In this document: positions 39,523 to 47,979 of the stretch, piece after piece
Position numbering within the stretch: the first letter of the stretch is position 1
Layout of the letters: each line of letters opens with the position of its first letter
IMG/VR virus record: IMGVR_UViG_3300027721_000009
Span: 1-64,000 of that record
Direction: 5' to 3' (one strand)
Source: a virus
Taxonomy: Duplodnaviria; Heunggongvirae; Uroviricota; Caudoviricetes
DNA: 64,000 nt
The notes under the pieces: model-generated
Database searches by the model: none
What the model was told of the DNA's origin: nothing
Seen by the model: the letters and a program-made list of their open reading frames with translations, nothing else
Made by a program: the position numbers and the translations under genes

Positions 39523-39896
39523 TGGGTTACAATACCACAGTCATCGTCCTGAACGATGCGATTGATATCATCCGTGACGATCCGAAGTTCGGTGAGAAAC
39601 TCTACTACGCGATTCTGGAATTGGCTCGCGGCAAACAGGTAGACATTCCCGCGCACTCGTATCGCGACGGTAAGATCACTGGCGTTCATTGTAACGCAGC
39701 CACCGCAGTCGAAACGCATCATGCAGACGGCACAGCCGTTGTCGCGGTAGGCGGCAACTGCGCATCGGTACTCGGTCACGTATTCTACACCGGATACCAT
39801 GGCGACGAGTCTGGCAAGTTGAAGACGCTACAGCAACTCGCGGAATCCATGGGTTATCGTCTTGTAAAGAAACCCGCACGTAAGAGAGCCGCATGA
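39522..39896 (+). CDS. hypothetical protein
   Basis: ATG at 39522 (MGYNTTVIV). Confidence 0.45.
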   Translation: MGYNTTVIVLNDAIDIIRDDPKFGEKLYYAILELARGKQVDIPAHSYRDGKITGVHCNAATAVETHHADGTAVVAVGGNCASVLGHVFYTGYHGDESGKLKTLQQLAESMGYRLVKKPARKRAA

Positions 39897-40120
39897 TCGC
39901 TCAATTCGGAATCGCACTGACTGGCACCGTCGCTATCTTTCTCACACAGAGCAAGAGCGCGGAAGCAAGACGCTACGCCTGTCTGTTCGGAATCGCCGGT
40001 CAGCCGTTCTGGATTTACGAAACGTGGTTCGCAGCACAGTGGGGAATGTTCGCTCTTACGTTCTTATACACACTCGCATGGCTTAAGGGCATTCACACTC
40101 ACTGGATAACACAATCATGA
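39893..40120 (+). CDS. small membrane protein
   Basis: 75-aa ORF, hydrophobic. Confidence 0.4.
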   Translation: MIAQFGIALTGTVAIFLTQSKSAEARRYACLFGIAGQPFWIYETWFAAQWGMFALTFLYTLAWLKGIHTHWITQS

Positions 40121-40362
40121 AACTCTTAGACATTGCACAGACGGCTTACCTCGACTCCATGGACAAGCGTTCATTCCCCGCGTGCTTCACTGGTTCGCGC
40201 CAATTTGAAAACTGGCAAGCCGTAGAATCCATTGCGCACACAAAGCCGCGTGCGCTGCCATGCCGAGACTGCACGGTAGACTATCATCGGCAGATGGTCG
40301 CTGCCGGATGCTGCGCACTGGCAGGCATCCCGAAGATCACCCGAATCATGGATCGGAGCTAA
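40117..40362 (+). CDS. hypothetical protein
   Basis: 81-aa ORF. Confidence 0.4.
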   Translation: MKLLDIAQTAYLDSMDKRSFPACFTGSRQFENWQAVESIAHTKPRALPCRDCTVDYHRQMVAAGCCALAGIPKITRIMDRS

Positions 40363-40379
40363 CAGGAAGGCGCACAAGC

Positions 40380-40596
40380 CACGATCTGCCGGTACCCGCT
40401 AGGGTAGCCTAGGGTACCCGCAGAAACGCCCCTAGAGGCTCTCAGACAGTCCTAGAGGGCATCCGTAAGTCCTTGATTCTAAAGGGCTTATTTTGATCAA
40501 TTCTTAACCATCCTAAGTGCTTGATTCTCTTAGGGTTTTCCCTATTGCGTATTCCACCGGTTTTGCTATACTGGTTGTACAAGGTAAGGAAAAGAT
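40380..40596 (+). repeat. intergenic repeat element, copy 3 (28-mer GTACCCGCTAGGGTAGCCTAGGGTACCC at 40392-40419; CGTAAGTCCTTGATTC at 40464-40479; variant CTAAGTGCTTGATTC at 40512-40527)
   Basis: The identical 28-mer recurs at 59271-59298. Confidence 0.7.
40545..40572 (+). promoter_or_regulatory. sigma70-like promoter TTGCGT-N16-TATACT
   Basis: Read from the sequence; a leader with AAGGAAAAG RBS precedes the ATG at 40597. Confidence 0.5.
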
Positions 40597-41307
40597 ATGC
40601 TGAATCGCAAAGTCACTGAATGGTCGAGCGCGGAATGCAAGTACGTCGATAAAGGTCGCGTCACTGAGCATGTCGGTCGCTCGCTTTACGTGGCGAACGA
40701 AACCGTCCAGATCATGTCGGACGTATGGGATACGGAAACGTTCCTGTACTCCGTGCGCGACGACGGCACGTTGAGCCGCGATTGCGTCGGCTACTGCGAC
40801 AATCCGGAAATGAATCCGGTCTACGAAATTGATGCGACCGAAGAGGCGTTCGAACTTTATCGCGCCGCGCAGGAAGCTCGCCAGTACGAAACTCTGGTGC
40901 ACAATACGAATGCGGAATACGCGAATCCGGCGCACAAGGGTCGCGTTGTGAAGGTTACGAAAGGTCGCAATACGCCCAAGGGTGTTGTCGGCAAGGTTGT
41001 CGTAATCATCGAACGTCCGTATGGCATGGGCTATCACTCTTCGATGCGCAAGAAACTCGGTATTGCGACCTCGGCTCGCACCGTTGAAAAGGTCATGCCG
41101 AATGGTAAGGTCTTCCAGAATCATGCCGACATGGTATGGGTTTGGGCGCACAACTGCGAAGTCGAAAAGCCGCAGACTGCGGACCTCGCACTCTGCCGCC
41201 AGATGGCGCAGGATTTTGCGAAGGGTGCCGTGAACGGTCTTCGCAAGACGCAGGCTGACCGCTACCAGTACAATGCGCAAGGCATGAAGGGCTACAAGGC
41301 AGCGTAA
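40597..41307 (+). CDS. hypothetical protein
   Basis: 236-aa ORF. Confidence 0.5.
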   Translation: MLNRKVTEWSSAECKYVDKGRVTEHVGRSLYVANETVQIMSDVWDTETFLYSVRDDGTLSRDCVGYCDNPEMNPVYEIDATEEAFELYRAAQEARQYETLVHNTNAEYANPAHKGRVVKVTKGRNTPKGVVGKVVVIIERPYGMGYHSSMRKKLGIATSARTVEKVMPNGKVFQNHADMVWVWAHNCEVEKPQTADLALCRQMAQDFAKGAVNGLRKTQADRYQYNAQGMKGYKAA

Positions 41308-41321
41308 AACAAGGGCTAAAA

Positions 41322-41366
41322 CGCAACCCCTTGAACGGCAAAGAGTTTTCGGGGTTGCGTTCTGGT
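41322..41366 (+). terminator. possible terminator hairpin AACGCAACCCC...GGGGUUGCGUU
   Basis: 11-bp perfect stem, but no U-tract follows. Confidence 0.3.
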
Positions 41367-41380
41367 CGAAAGTCGGTAGA

Positions 41381-41677
41381 ATGGTATACATGATGAAGCG
41401 AAACGTAAAGCGAATGGAAATTAACCTTCCCGCGATTGAAGTTGGCGACCTGATTCGGGCGTATGACTTCGAACCGTGTCCCGGCAGACCCGACATGTAT
41501 GTTGTCGGAATCGTGAAGGATATCGGTTGGATCCGGAACGAGTACATCGGCTACACGATTGACTGTGTGTTCGATTCTCTTTCGAAGGAAATTCCGAAGG
41601 CTTCGCGAGTTGGTGCCACGGTGTATGTCCCGGTCCAGACTTCCATGGACTATGACGGTAGGGTAACAAAGGTATGA
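41381..41677 (+). CDS. hypothetical protein
   Basis: 98-aa ORF. Confidence 0.4.
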   Translation: MVYMMKRNVKRMEINLPAIEVGDLIRAYDFEPCPGRPDMYVVGIVKDIGWIRNEYIGYTIDCVFDSLSKEIPKASRVGATVYVPVQTSMDYDGRVTKV

Positions 41678-41865
41678 GTCAAGACGCTAAGAGTATCGTG
41701 CGCGAAGTCGCAACGGAACTGTCGATGCAGGGTTTCCTGCTAGAGCATGAGGTTACGCTGCGCGGCGATTGGGATTCGGCTAAGATGGATAAGACTGTGC
41801 TGTATGCCGTCGCGTCCAAGTTGCAGGATCAGATTGCGGCACTTTTGAAGGCAGCTTCAAATTAG
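41674..41865 (+). CDS. hypothetical protein
   Basis: 63-aa ORF. Confidence 0.4.
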   Translation: MSQDAKSIVREVATELSMQGFLLEHEVTLRGDWDSAKMDKTVLYAVASKLQDQIAALLKAASN

Positions 41866-41867
41866 AC

Positions 41868-41896
41868 TTGACAGGGTTTGAATTAGAGAGTATACT
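41868..41896 (+). promoter_or_regulatory. sigma70-like promoter TTGACA-N17-TATACT heading the tRNA array
   Basis: Read from the sequence. Same AATTAGAC upstream context as the promoter at 32520. Confidence 0.55.
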
Positions 41897-42342
41897 GTAT
41901 GGACTAGGCAAGGTGCGGACCCGCAAAACGTCCGCAGGCATAGGTAGATGTAGCAAAAAATATTTGCAAAATCGCTTGACTTAGAGAGATTTTTCAAGTA
42001 AACTGTGCTATATATTGTAGAGAGTGGATTCGCCGCTCCCGCGTAGTCGGTAGGGTCATAGACCCCAAGCTGCCCCTCAACGGGTATGTGTAAAAGGCGA
42101 ATGTTGATACTGGTAAACTTGGCTTAGTCCCAAGTTTTTTTGCCCCTACGAAAAGTAGGGATGCCGCAAAAGGTTCTTTGTCAATTAGATTGATATTAGT
42201 GATTGGGCGCACTTACTGCCCTGCGAGGACTTTTTGCTCGCTAAATTGTAAGGTAAATCACTTCCTGTCTTCGGATGGGCGTGCCTATCAAGGGTGCCAT
42301 GACTACGTAAATGTCATCCCGCATGTGGTAAGCGGGAACTAT

Positions 42343-42416
42343 GCAAAGGTCGTCTAACGGTTTAGGATACTAGACTTTCAATCTGGAAGATGCGGGTTCG
42401 AATCCCGTCCTTTGCT
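42343..42416 (+). tRNA. tRNA-Glu (anticodon TTC), CCA encoded
   Basis: Hand-folded cloverleaf; T-loop GGTTCGAATCC. Confidence 0.7.
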
Positions 42417-42538
42417 CCAATTCTCAGAGCGCGACTAAATGCGCGTTCGGTAATGTGTCGGGAAAAGAGCGGTGCAATTCCGCAGTCACCTTCGGGTGTC
42501 AGTAAGTGTAATCAGGTGCACGTTCCCATTGTTTCTAT

Positions 42539-42611
42539 TCCGGGTTGACTAGAGTGGTAATAGCCGCGACTGTTAATCGCGTACTCGTAGGTTCGATCCC
42601 TACACCCGGAG
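42539..42611 (+). tRNA. tRNA-Asn (GTT)
   Basis: Hand-folded; anticodon loop CTGTTAA. Confidence 0.7.
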
Positions 42612-42618
42612 CCAACAT

Positions 42619-42691
42619 GCGTAGGTAATTCAACGGCTAGATTGCTTCCCTGTCACGGAAGATTATGCGGGTTCGAATCCCGTCTTACGCG
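42619..42691 (+). tRNA. tRNA-Asp (GTC)
   Basis: Hand-folded; loop CTGTCAC. Confidence 0.7.
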
Positions 42692-42805
42692 CCAACTTCG
42701 TAGTATGACCTACGTAAGATGTATTCCCGCTCGCAAAAGCGTAGGAGCATCCGGTGTCAAAGTCGCAGGGGGTTGCGTATCCTGATAAAACGCAAGACGA
42801 ATTCC

Positions 42806-42876
42806 GGGGAGTTAGTATAACGGGATTATTTCTCGCTTGCACCGAGAAGACAAGGGTTCGATTCCCTTACTCTCCA
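42806..42876 (+). tRNA. tRNA-Ala (TGC)
   Basis: Hand-folded; G3-U70 in the acceptor stem; loop CTTGCAC. Confidence 0.65.
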
Positions 42877-42884
42877 CCAACAAC

Positions 42885-42958
42885 GGGTCTGTCGTATAAC
42901 GGCATATTATATCCGGCTCTTAACCGGTAAGATTAGGGTTCGATTCCCTACAGACCCA
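42885..42958 (+). tRNA. tRNA-Lys (CTT)
   Basis: Hand-folded; loop CTCTTAA. Confidence 0.6.
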
Positions 42959-42966
42959 CCAATCAT

Positions 42967-43050
42967 GAGCGTAACACCCAATAGGAAGGGTATCGGGCTG
43001 TAACCCCGAAGTCGGCTAGTTCCGTGTAGGTTCGACTCCTACTGCGCTCA
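42967..43050 (+). tRNA. tRNA-Tyr (GTA), long variable arm
   Basis: Hand-folded; loop CTGTAAC. Confidence 0.65.
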
Positions 43051-43058
43051 CCAATTTT

Positions 43059-43150
43059 GTTCCTGTAGTTTAACGGTAGAACACCACCCTTATAAAGTGG
43101 CATTGTCGCCAGATTAGCGAACGGTCTAGGTTCGAATCCTAGCAGGAACA
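43059..43150 (+). tRNA. type II tRNA, anticodon ambiguous (CCTTATAAA loop region)
   Basis: Good acceptor and T-arm, about 22-nt variable arm; anticodon stem could not be placed unambiguously. Confidence 0.45.
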
Positions 43151-43161
43151 CCAGTAGATTT

Positions 43162-43235
43162 CGGAGTGTAGCTCAGTCTGGTAGAGCACTGCGTTTGGGG
43201 CGCAGGTGTCCAAAGTTCGAATCTTTGTACTCCGA
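43162..43235 (+). tRNA. tRNA-Pro (TGG)
   Basis: Hand-folded; loop TTTGGGG. Confidence 0.7.
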
Positions 43236-43244
43236 CCAATTTTT

Positions 43245-43320
43245 GCGAGTGTAGCAGAATCGGCATATGCGGGACACTTAAAACGTCCGTCACTTGTGGG
43301 TTCGACTCCCACTACTCGCA
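43245..43320 (+). tRNA. tRNA with Leu-type anticodon TAA (76 nt, short variable loop)
   Basis: Loop CTTAAAA closed by a weak stem; class I length is unusual for Leu. Confidence 0.45.
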
Positions 43321-43543
43321 CCAGAACTTGCGCGAACGCTAGGGATGACAACCCAAGGTCTTGCTCGTCACAAGACTGTTAGTAACGCAACGTATAAAGC
43401 GGAGCGCGGAAATCGCGTTCGCAAACAGAATGATAGAGCCACCGGTAAAACTCCGGTCCTTGATAGACTAGCAAGCTACAAGGTAGTTCAAGAGGTCAAC
43501 GCTTCGCAGCAAAGACCGCGACAGAACACTATCGCATATTTAC

Positions 43544-43614
43544 GCGGGGTTGGCATAATGGTTGTGTCCAAGTCTTCCAAACTTGTTACGCGGGTTCGAT
43601 TCCCGCACTCCGCT
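43544..43614 (+). tRNA. tRNA-Gly (TCC)
   Basis: Hand-folded; loop CTTCCAA. Confidence 0.7.
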
Positions 43615-43621
43615 CCAATTC

Positions 43622-43694
43622 GCCCTTATAGCATAACGGAAAGTGCGTCGGGTTTCTACCCCGTTCGGTGTGGGTTCGATTCCTACTGAGGGCA
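43622..43694 (+). tRNA. tRNA-Arg (TCT)
   Basis: Hand-folded; loop TTTCTAC with a 4-bp anticodon stem. Confidence 0.55.
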
Positions 43695-43707
43695 CCAATT
43701 ATTCAAT

Positions 43708-43781
43708 GCGCCTGTGACGGAACTGGCATACGTGTTAGTCTTAGAAGCTAAATTTTGTGGGTTCGACTCCCACCGGGCGCA
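43708..43781 (+). tRNA. tRNA with Leu-type anticodon TAG (74 nt, class I length)
   Basis: Stem TTAGT/GCTAA, loop CTTAGAA; paralog of the 48155 gene. Confidence 0.55.
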
Positions 43782-43791
43782 CCAATTTCAT

Positions 43792-43862
43792 GTGGGATAA
43801 GTGTTACGGTAGCACAATAGTCTCCAAAACTACTAGCGGGGGTTCGACTCCCTCATCCCACG
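43792..43862 (+). tRNA. tRNA-Trp (CCA)
   Basis: Hand-folded; loop CTCCAAA. Confidence 0.65.
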
Positions 43863-43870
43863 CCAACATC

Positions 43871-43943
43871 GGGTCCATGACGTAACGGCTAGCGTATCGG
43901 GCTTTTACCCCGTAAAGTCAGAGTTCGAATCTCTGTGGACCCA
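43871..43943 (+). tRNA. tRNA-Lys (TTT)
   Basis: Hand-folded; loop CTTTTAC. Confidence 0.65.
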
Positions 43944-44125
43944 CCAAAAAAGGTAGCTCGTAGCTTCCTAGAGAGTTAGTGCCGCTGCCGGTGCGAGTAG
44001 TTAGCCAACACTACTGCGCAGCAGAGAACGGTACTAACGATCTTCAATAGCGCGATAGATAGCTTCGCGGGTGTTAGCGGGTATGGTAGGAAATGACCGT
44101 ATCAAAAACCCGCCGCGAATTCAAT

Positions 44126-44197
44126 GCCGGTGTCTTCTAATGGCTAGGAACGTCAGCCGATTACTGACTAATGGGGGTTCGATTCCTCTCACCGGTA
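44126..44197 (+). tRNA. tRNA-Ile (GAT), unusual loop CCGATTA
   Basis: Perfect 5-bp anticodon stem GTCAG/CTGAC; C33 and T37 are atypical. Confidence 0.5.
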
Positions 44198-44205
44198 CCA
44201 ACTTT

Positions 44206-44277
44206 GCCCTTGTATTTCAACGGACAGAATACGACGCTACGAACGTCATGATGGGGGTTCGATTCCCTCCGAGGGTA
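44206..44277 (+). tRNA. tRNA-Arg (ACG)
   Basis: Hand-folded; loop CTACGAA. Confidence 0.6.
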
Positions 44278-44285
44278 CCAACTTT

Positions 44286-44357
44286 GTCTCTATAGTGTAA
44301 TGGATAACACGCAACTCTCCGAAGGTTGTAATTCAGGCTCGACTCCTGATAGGGACA
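44286..44357 (+). tRNA. tRNA-Arg (CCG)
   Basis: Hand-folded; loop CTCCGAA; T-loop CTCGACT. Confidence 0.6.
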
Positions 44358-44404
44358 CCAAACACAATGCCGCAAAAATGGGGAAACCTGTTGCGTGGCT
44401 CTCC

Positions 44405-44476
44405 GGTGATATCGTACAACGGCTAGTACAGGAGTCTCATAAGCTCTTAATGATGGTTCGATTCCATCTTTCACCA
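44405..44476 (+). tRNA. tRNA-Met (CAT)
   Basis: Hand-folded; loop CTCATAA. Confidence 0.6.
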
Positions 44477-44486
44477 CCAATTCAAT

Positions 44487-44558
44487 GCCGTCATAGTATA
44501 ATGGCGATTACGTCTGTCTTGTAAGCAGACTATCTCAGTTCGATTCTGAGTGACGGCT
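44487..44558 (+). tRNA. tRNA-Thr (TGT)
   Basis: Hand-folded; loop CTTGTAA. Confidence 0.7.
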
Positions 44559-44566
44559 CCAAATAT

Positions 44567-44639
44567 GTAAGCGTGGCAGACCGGCAGATGCATCGGATTG
44601 CAAACCCGATTTAAGCGAGTTCAATTCTCGCCGCTTACT
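44567..44639 (+). tRNA. tRNA-Cys (GCA)
   Basis: Hand-folded; loop TTGCAAA. Confidence 0.6.
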
Positions 44640-44648
44640 CCAAACAAT

Positions 44649-44719
44649 GCCCGATTCGTAAAATGGTATTACCTCGCTTTTACACGGCGAAGTCGGCAGT
44701 TCGATCCTGTCATCGGGTA
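44649..44719 (+). tRNA. tRNA-Val (TAC)
   Basis: Hand-folded; loop TTTACAC. Confidence 0.65.
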
Positions 44720-44731
44720 CCAACAAACAAT

Positions 44732-44804
44732 AGCGAAAGAGTGAAACGGTTTACATTCTAGCCTCATAAGCTAGAGACATTGGGTTCGACTCCCATGATC
44801 GCTA
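44732..44804 (+). tRNA. second CAT-anticodon tRNA (fMet, Met or Ile2/lysidine)
   Basis: Perfect anticodon stem CTAGC/GCTAG, loop CTCATAA; imperfect acceptor stem. Confidence 0.5.
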
Positions 44805-44812
44805 CCAACAAC

Positions 44813-44883
44813 GTCCGATTAGCTTAAAAGTGAAGCACAGACCTGATAAGTCTGAGAAGTAGGAGCATTACCTACATTGGACA
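44813..44883 (+). tRNA. tRNA (GAT) with non-canonical T-loop AGCATTA
   Basis: Perfect acceptor and anticodon stems; T-arm GTAGG-AGCATTA-CCTAC lacks the TTC. Confidence 0.5.
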
Positions 44884-44972
44884 CCAACTACATTCAGCGC
44901 ACGAAAAGGTAAGTAGTGCGGTCTTGCGTCAACAAGGCGAGTTGTATCTTGACGGATATGATGACTGCGTGC

Positions 44973-45044
44973 GCCGCCATAGTATAACGGTTATTACAAG
45001 GTCTTGGTAAGACTTGAATCACAGTTCGATTCTGTGTGGTGGCA
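44973..45044 (+). tRNA. tRNA-Thr (GGT)
   Basis: Hand-folded; loop TTGGTAA. Confidence 0.65.
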
Positions 45045-45130
45045 CCAATTCAATTCAGCACTCGTTCATTTTCGCGAATGTTCGAAGCTACTGTGAAAGT
45101 CAGTCGTCGGTAGCGCGATAGCTACGCCAT

Positions 45131-45201
45131 GCGGGTATGATGTATTGGTTGCCTAGAACTTTGCCAAAGTTCATGAACGGGTTCGATTCCCGTTACCCGC
45201 T
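45131..45201 (+). tRNA. tRNA-Gly (GCC)
   Basis: Hand-folded; loop TTGCCAA. Confidence 0.7.
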
Positions 45202-45206
45202 CCAAT

Positions 45207-45821
45207 TCAACACGGATCGTATCTGTAATCCAAGCGATACAGGTCTTCGATCCCGCGTCTTAGATCGTCGGTAACAACGAGGTCTGTTATGAAGTTCGGC
45301 TTCTCGTTCTCAACGGGAATGTCGATTGCCGTATCACCACCGAAGATGCCGATAAGTCTTCTGGCTTCCGATTCGAAGTCATGATAGTTGAGTACGTTCA
45401 TGTTCGGATGGTCAAACCATGCGGACTGCGGCTTGAAGCCGAGAATGTTAGTGCGGTTGATCCGCTCCAACAAATCCACCGGCTGACGATTGATCTTCTC
45501 TCTTAGGTGTTGCGGCAGCGCGTTGAATGACTCTTCATCCAATGGCTCTGGCATGACGACACCAGAGAAGTCTTCCGGAAAAAGTTTGAACAGGACGGTT
45601 CGATACGTGCGCAGAAAGTTGTACGTGGATACGAAACGTTCTACAGGGTCGCGCCAGAAAGCGTAACCCGTCAGTGCTAAATACGCGGGACTTGGAGTGT
45701 CATGAATGTGAACAGCAACATTCGTCCCAAGCGGTCTTAGCAGATTTCGAATGGTAGTCGAACCAGTCTTCGGCACCAGATAGAAAATGTATTTGTTATC
45801 GTGACTGACGATCATACTCAT
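45207..45821 (-). CDS. sulfotransferase-family protein (the only convincing minus-strand gene in the window)
   Basis: N-terminal YLVPKTGSTT (5'-PSB, PAPS-binding-like) and a later RDP... region. Inserted inside the tRNA array. Confidence 0.6.
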   Translation of the reverse strand: MSMIVSHDNKYIFYLVPKTGSTTIRNLLRPLGTNVAVHIHDTPSPAYLALTGYAFWRDPVERFVSTYNFLRTYRTVLFKLFPEDFSGVVMPEPLDEESFNALPQHLREKINRQPVDLLERINRTNILGFKPQSAWFDHPNMNVLNYHDFESEARRLIGIFGGDTAIDIPVENEKPNFITDLVVTDDLRRGIEDLYRLDYRYDPC

Positions 45822-45943
45822 ATTTAGGGGAAGAGAAATGTTCCAAGAAAGAAATAGAGCATACTACCTAAGACAAGCGCGAGCATGTTTCAAGGCAGGC
45901 TTGATCTTTCTGAAACGTTCGGTCTTCCTCCCCAAGAGATAAT

Positions 45944-46016
45944 GTCCTCTAAACTAATCTAGTGAAAGTGCAAGTTTGAAAAACTTGAGAGGTTGGAGCG
46001 TAACCAACAGAGGACA
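45944..46016 (+). tRNA. tRNA-Phe (GAA) with non-canonical T-loop AGCGTAA
   Basis: Perfect acceptor GTCCTCT/AGAGGAC and anticodon stem CAAGT/ACTTG. Confidence 0.55.
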
Positions 46017-46125
46017 CCACATTTCCTACGTCACTGAAATTGAACGTAGCGTAATAGAGTCAACAGATGAAACGACCTCCCTAGTGGTGCACTCAATAGT
46101 GCTGAAAAAATCTGTCGAATACAAT

Positions 46126-46199
46126 GCACCGGTCTTCTAACAGGATAGGAAAACAGATTCTCAATCTGTGCAATGACGGTTCGAATCCGTTCCGGTGCG
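46126..46199 (+). tRNA. tRNA-Glu (CTC)
   Basis: Hand-folded; loop TTCTCAA. Confidence 0.65.
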
Positions 46200-46277
46200 C
46201 CAACCAATCGTCCCGCGCATAGCTCGACAGCGCATGTGTACACATGGGCAGAATCAACTGCCGGGATGACCAGATAA

Positions 46278-46349
46278 CAGGATGTAAGTCAAAAGCAGAC
46301 GACCTCGCTTGGAACGAGGAGGTAGGTGGAGCGTTACCACCCATCCTGA
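46278..46349 (+). tRNA. tRNA (TGG, Pro-type) with non-canonical T-loop AGCGTTA
   Basis: Perfect stems; T-arm GGTGG-AGCGTTA-CCACC. Confidence 0.5.
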
Positions 46350-46495
46350 CCAACATCTTGCGTACATTTTCTAGAGGGTGTACGTGAGGACTTGAAAGTA
46401 GCCGACTGGCAAATTACGATTCAAGCGTCACGCCCTTTACGATACAGGGCGACTCATTCAGAAAGTAGTTCATATGGACTACTAAGTAGATCAAT

Positions 46496-46569
46496 GGTGC
46501 CGGTAGCATAATGGTTAATGCCCAAGACTGTGAATCTTGAAGATGCGGGTTCGAATCCCGTCCAGCACC
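46496..46569 (+). tRNA. tRNA-His (GTG) with G-1
   Basis: Extra 5' G pairing with C73; loop CTGTGAA. Confidence 0.7.
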
Positions 46570-46591
46570 CCAAACACAAACGGAGTTTCCC

Positions 46592-46771
46592 ATGGCAGCG
46601 AAGAACGATGTAACAGGCGATAGCATAAAAACTAAGACCGGCAACTCTAATGCATATGCAAAGGGTTGGGATCGTATCTTCAAGAAAGGGAAAGCCAAGA
46701 AAGGTGAAGAACTAACAGTGTGCGTTGCAAAGCGCGGCGTTGGTAAGTCAACCTTCAACAAGAACAATTGA
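46592..46771 (+). CDS. small ORF (59 aa) inside the tRNA array
   Basis: GGAG RBS 7 nt upstream; motif AYAKGWDRIFKKG; its TGA overlaps the first nt of tRNA-Gln. Confidence 0.4.
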   Translation: MAAKNDVTGDSIKTKTGNSNAYAKGWDRIFKKGKAKKGEELTVCVAKRGVGKSTFNKNN

Positions 46772-46843
46772 CCACATGCGGTACCGGTATCTGCACCTTG
46801 TCTTTGAAACAAGATTTTCTAGGTTCGAATCCTAGGTGGTCAG
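46769..46843 (+). tRNA. tRNA-Gln (TTG)
   Basis: Hand-folded; perfect anticodon stem CTTGT/ACAAG, loop CTTTGAA. Confidence 0.65.
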
Positions 46844-46977
46844 CCAATTTCTCTCGCGAGGAAAAACAACGAATCGTACTACGTTGTAAAACAAGGGTAC
46901 GCAACCATGTGCTGAAAGCAGACGGCTAACGTGCTGTCTCTTCCTTCGGGAAGTGGAGTAAGAGTGGTGGTAGTAAG

Positions 46978-47055
46978 CGATTCTAAGATAGTTCAATCAG
47001 GTAGAACAACCTCACGCTAAGAGGGAGACAGAGGTTCAAATCCTCACTAGAATCC
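46978..47055 (+). pseudogene. degenerate tRNA-like sequence (D-arm and T-arm present, acceptor pairing broken, no CCA)
   Basis: TAGTTCAATCAGGTAGAAC D-arm and GGTTCAAATCC T-loop, but no consistent 7-bp acceptor stem. Confidence 0.3.
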
Positions 47056-47093
47056 GGACGCAGCTTCCAAGAATGCCAAATGCGTCCAACTTT

Positions 47094-47164
47094 TCTCGGC
47101 TCGTCTAACGGCAGGACGCAACACTCTGAATGTTGCTATCGAGGTTCGAATCCTTGGCTGAGAA
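47094..47164 (+). tRNA. tRNA-Gln (CTG)
   Basis: Hand-folded; loop CTCTGAA. Confidence 0.7.
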
Positions 47165-47207
47165 CCAAACATACATACTCTTGAGTGACCCTCAAGAGGA
47201 TTACAAG

Positions 47208-47750
47208 ATGGAACCGATTCAAGTGATGTACGAAGGCGACCTCGCCCCTCTGATTGAGTGGGCTGAGAATGGCGACAGGGATCGCGACGGATTAGGCTTC
47301 GCGCCTGAACCGTTCTACTCATGGGTGCGCAATCACATGCCGCCCTACTGTCGCGGATTCGTTACGAACACCATCGGGTACATAACGGAGAATGGAATCT
47401 TCGACGGTGATTGGGTTAAGGGATATCCACATATCCATACCACAACGATGTTTTGGGAACCCGAGATATACACCATCATCACCTATCTGATCGTACCCGA
47501 AGAGGGTGGCGAATTCGCGATGGGTGGATTGGAACGGAACGATCCGTACACTTTGATTCCGGTCAAGCCGGGATTGTCCATCGGGTGTGATTCAATCACA
47601 TGGCATGGAGTCAAGCAAGTACGAAAGGGAAAGCGCGTTGCGATAGTGACGGCAGGCTTTCCATCACAAGAGTACCAGAAGAAATGTCTGGCACTGAGAA
47701 ACGAGAACAAAGGAAGGTTGCGCGAGAGGCTTATGCGCCCTGTTTGCTAA
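47208..47750 (+). CDS. putative 2OG-Fe(II) oxygenase-like protein
   Basis: AGAGGA RBS. HxD...H-like YPHIHTT...WHGV. Last ~40 nt overlap tRNA-Ser(GCT), with the stop TAA inside its anticodon loop. Confidence 0.4.
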   Translation: MEPIQVMYEGDLAPLIEWAENGDRDRDGLGFAPEPFYSWVRNHMPPYCRGFVTNTIGYITENGIFDGDWVKGYPHIHTTTMFWEPEIYTIITYLIVPEEGGEFAMGGLERNDPYTLIPVKPGLSIGCDSITWHGVKQVRKGKRVAIVTAGFPSQEYQKKCLALRNENKGRLRERLMRPVC

Positions 47751-47796
47751 ACAGAGGGATGTAACAGTCACAGAGGTTCGAATCCTCTACCTTCCG
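47712..47796 (+). tRNA. tRNA-Ser (GCT), type II
   Basis: Hand-folded; loop TTGCTAA; long variable arm. Confidence 0.65.
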
Positions 47797-47804
47797 CCAA
47801 ATTT

Positions 47805-47891
47805 GGAAGATTGACCGAGAGGCTTATGGTTCCCGCTTGGAAAGCGGTGAGTGGGGAAACCTACACACAGGTTCAAATCCTGTATCTTCCG
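47805..47891 (+). tRNA. tRNA-Ser (GGA), type II
   Basis: Hand-folded; loop TTGGAAA. Confidence 0.6.
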
Positions 47892-47899
47892 CCACATAT

Positions 47900-47970
47900 G
47901 GTTCTGTCGTATAGAAGCAATACACGGCATTGACATTGCTGAAAAGATGGAGCGTTACCATCCAGAACCA
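47900..47970 (+). tRNA. tRNA (GAC, Val-type) with non-canonical T-loop AGCGTTA
   Basis: Acceptor GGTTCTG/CAGAACC; T-arm GATGG-AGCGTTA-CCATC. Confidence 0.45.
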
Positions 47971-47979
47971 CCAACTAAA

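Noticed and set aside
40513-41547. Minus-strand 344-aa ORF spanning the repeat, gene 40597 and the terminator hairpin
   Set aside because: Crosses a promoter and an intergenic repeat; the + strand ORF has an RBS and sits in the consistent + operon context.
43294-43689. + strand 131-aa ORF crossing several tRNA genes (likewise 47851-48261 and 44071-44524)
   Set aside because: They read through multiple well-folded tRNAs; artefacts of stop-poor tRNA sequence.
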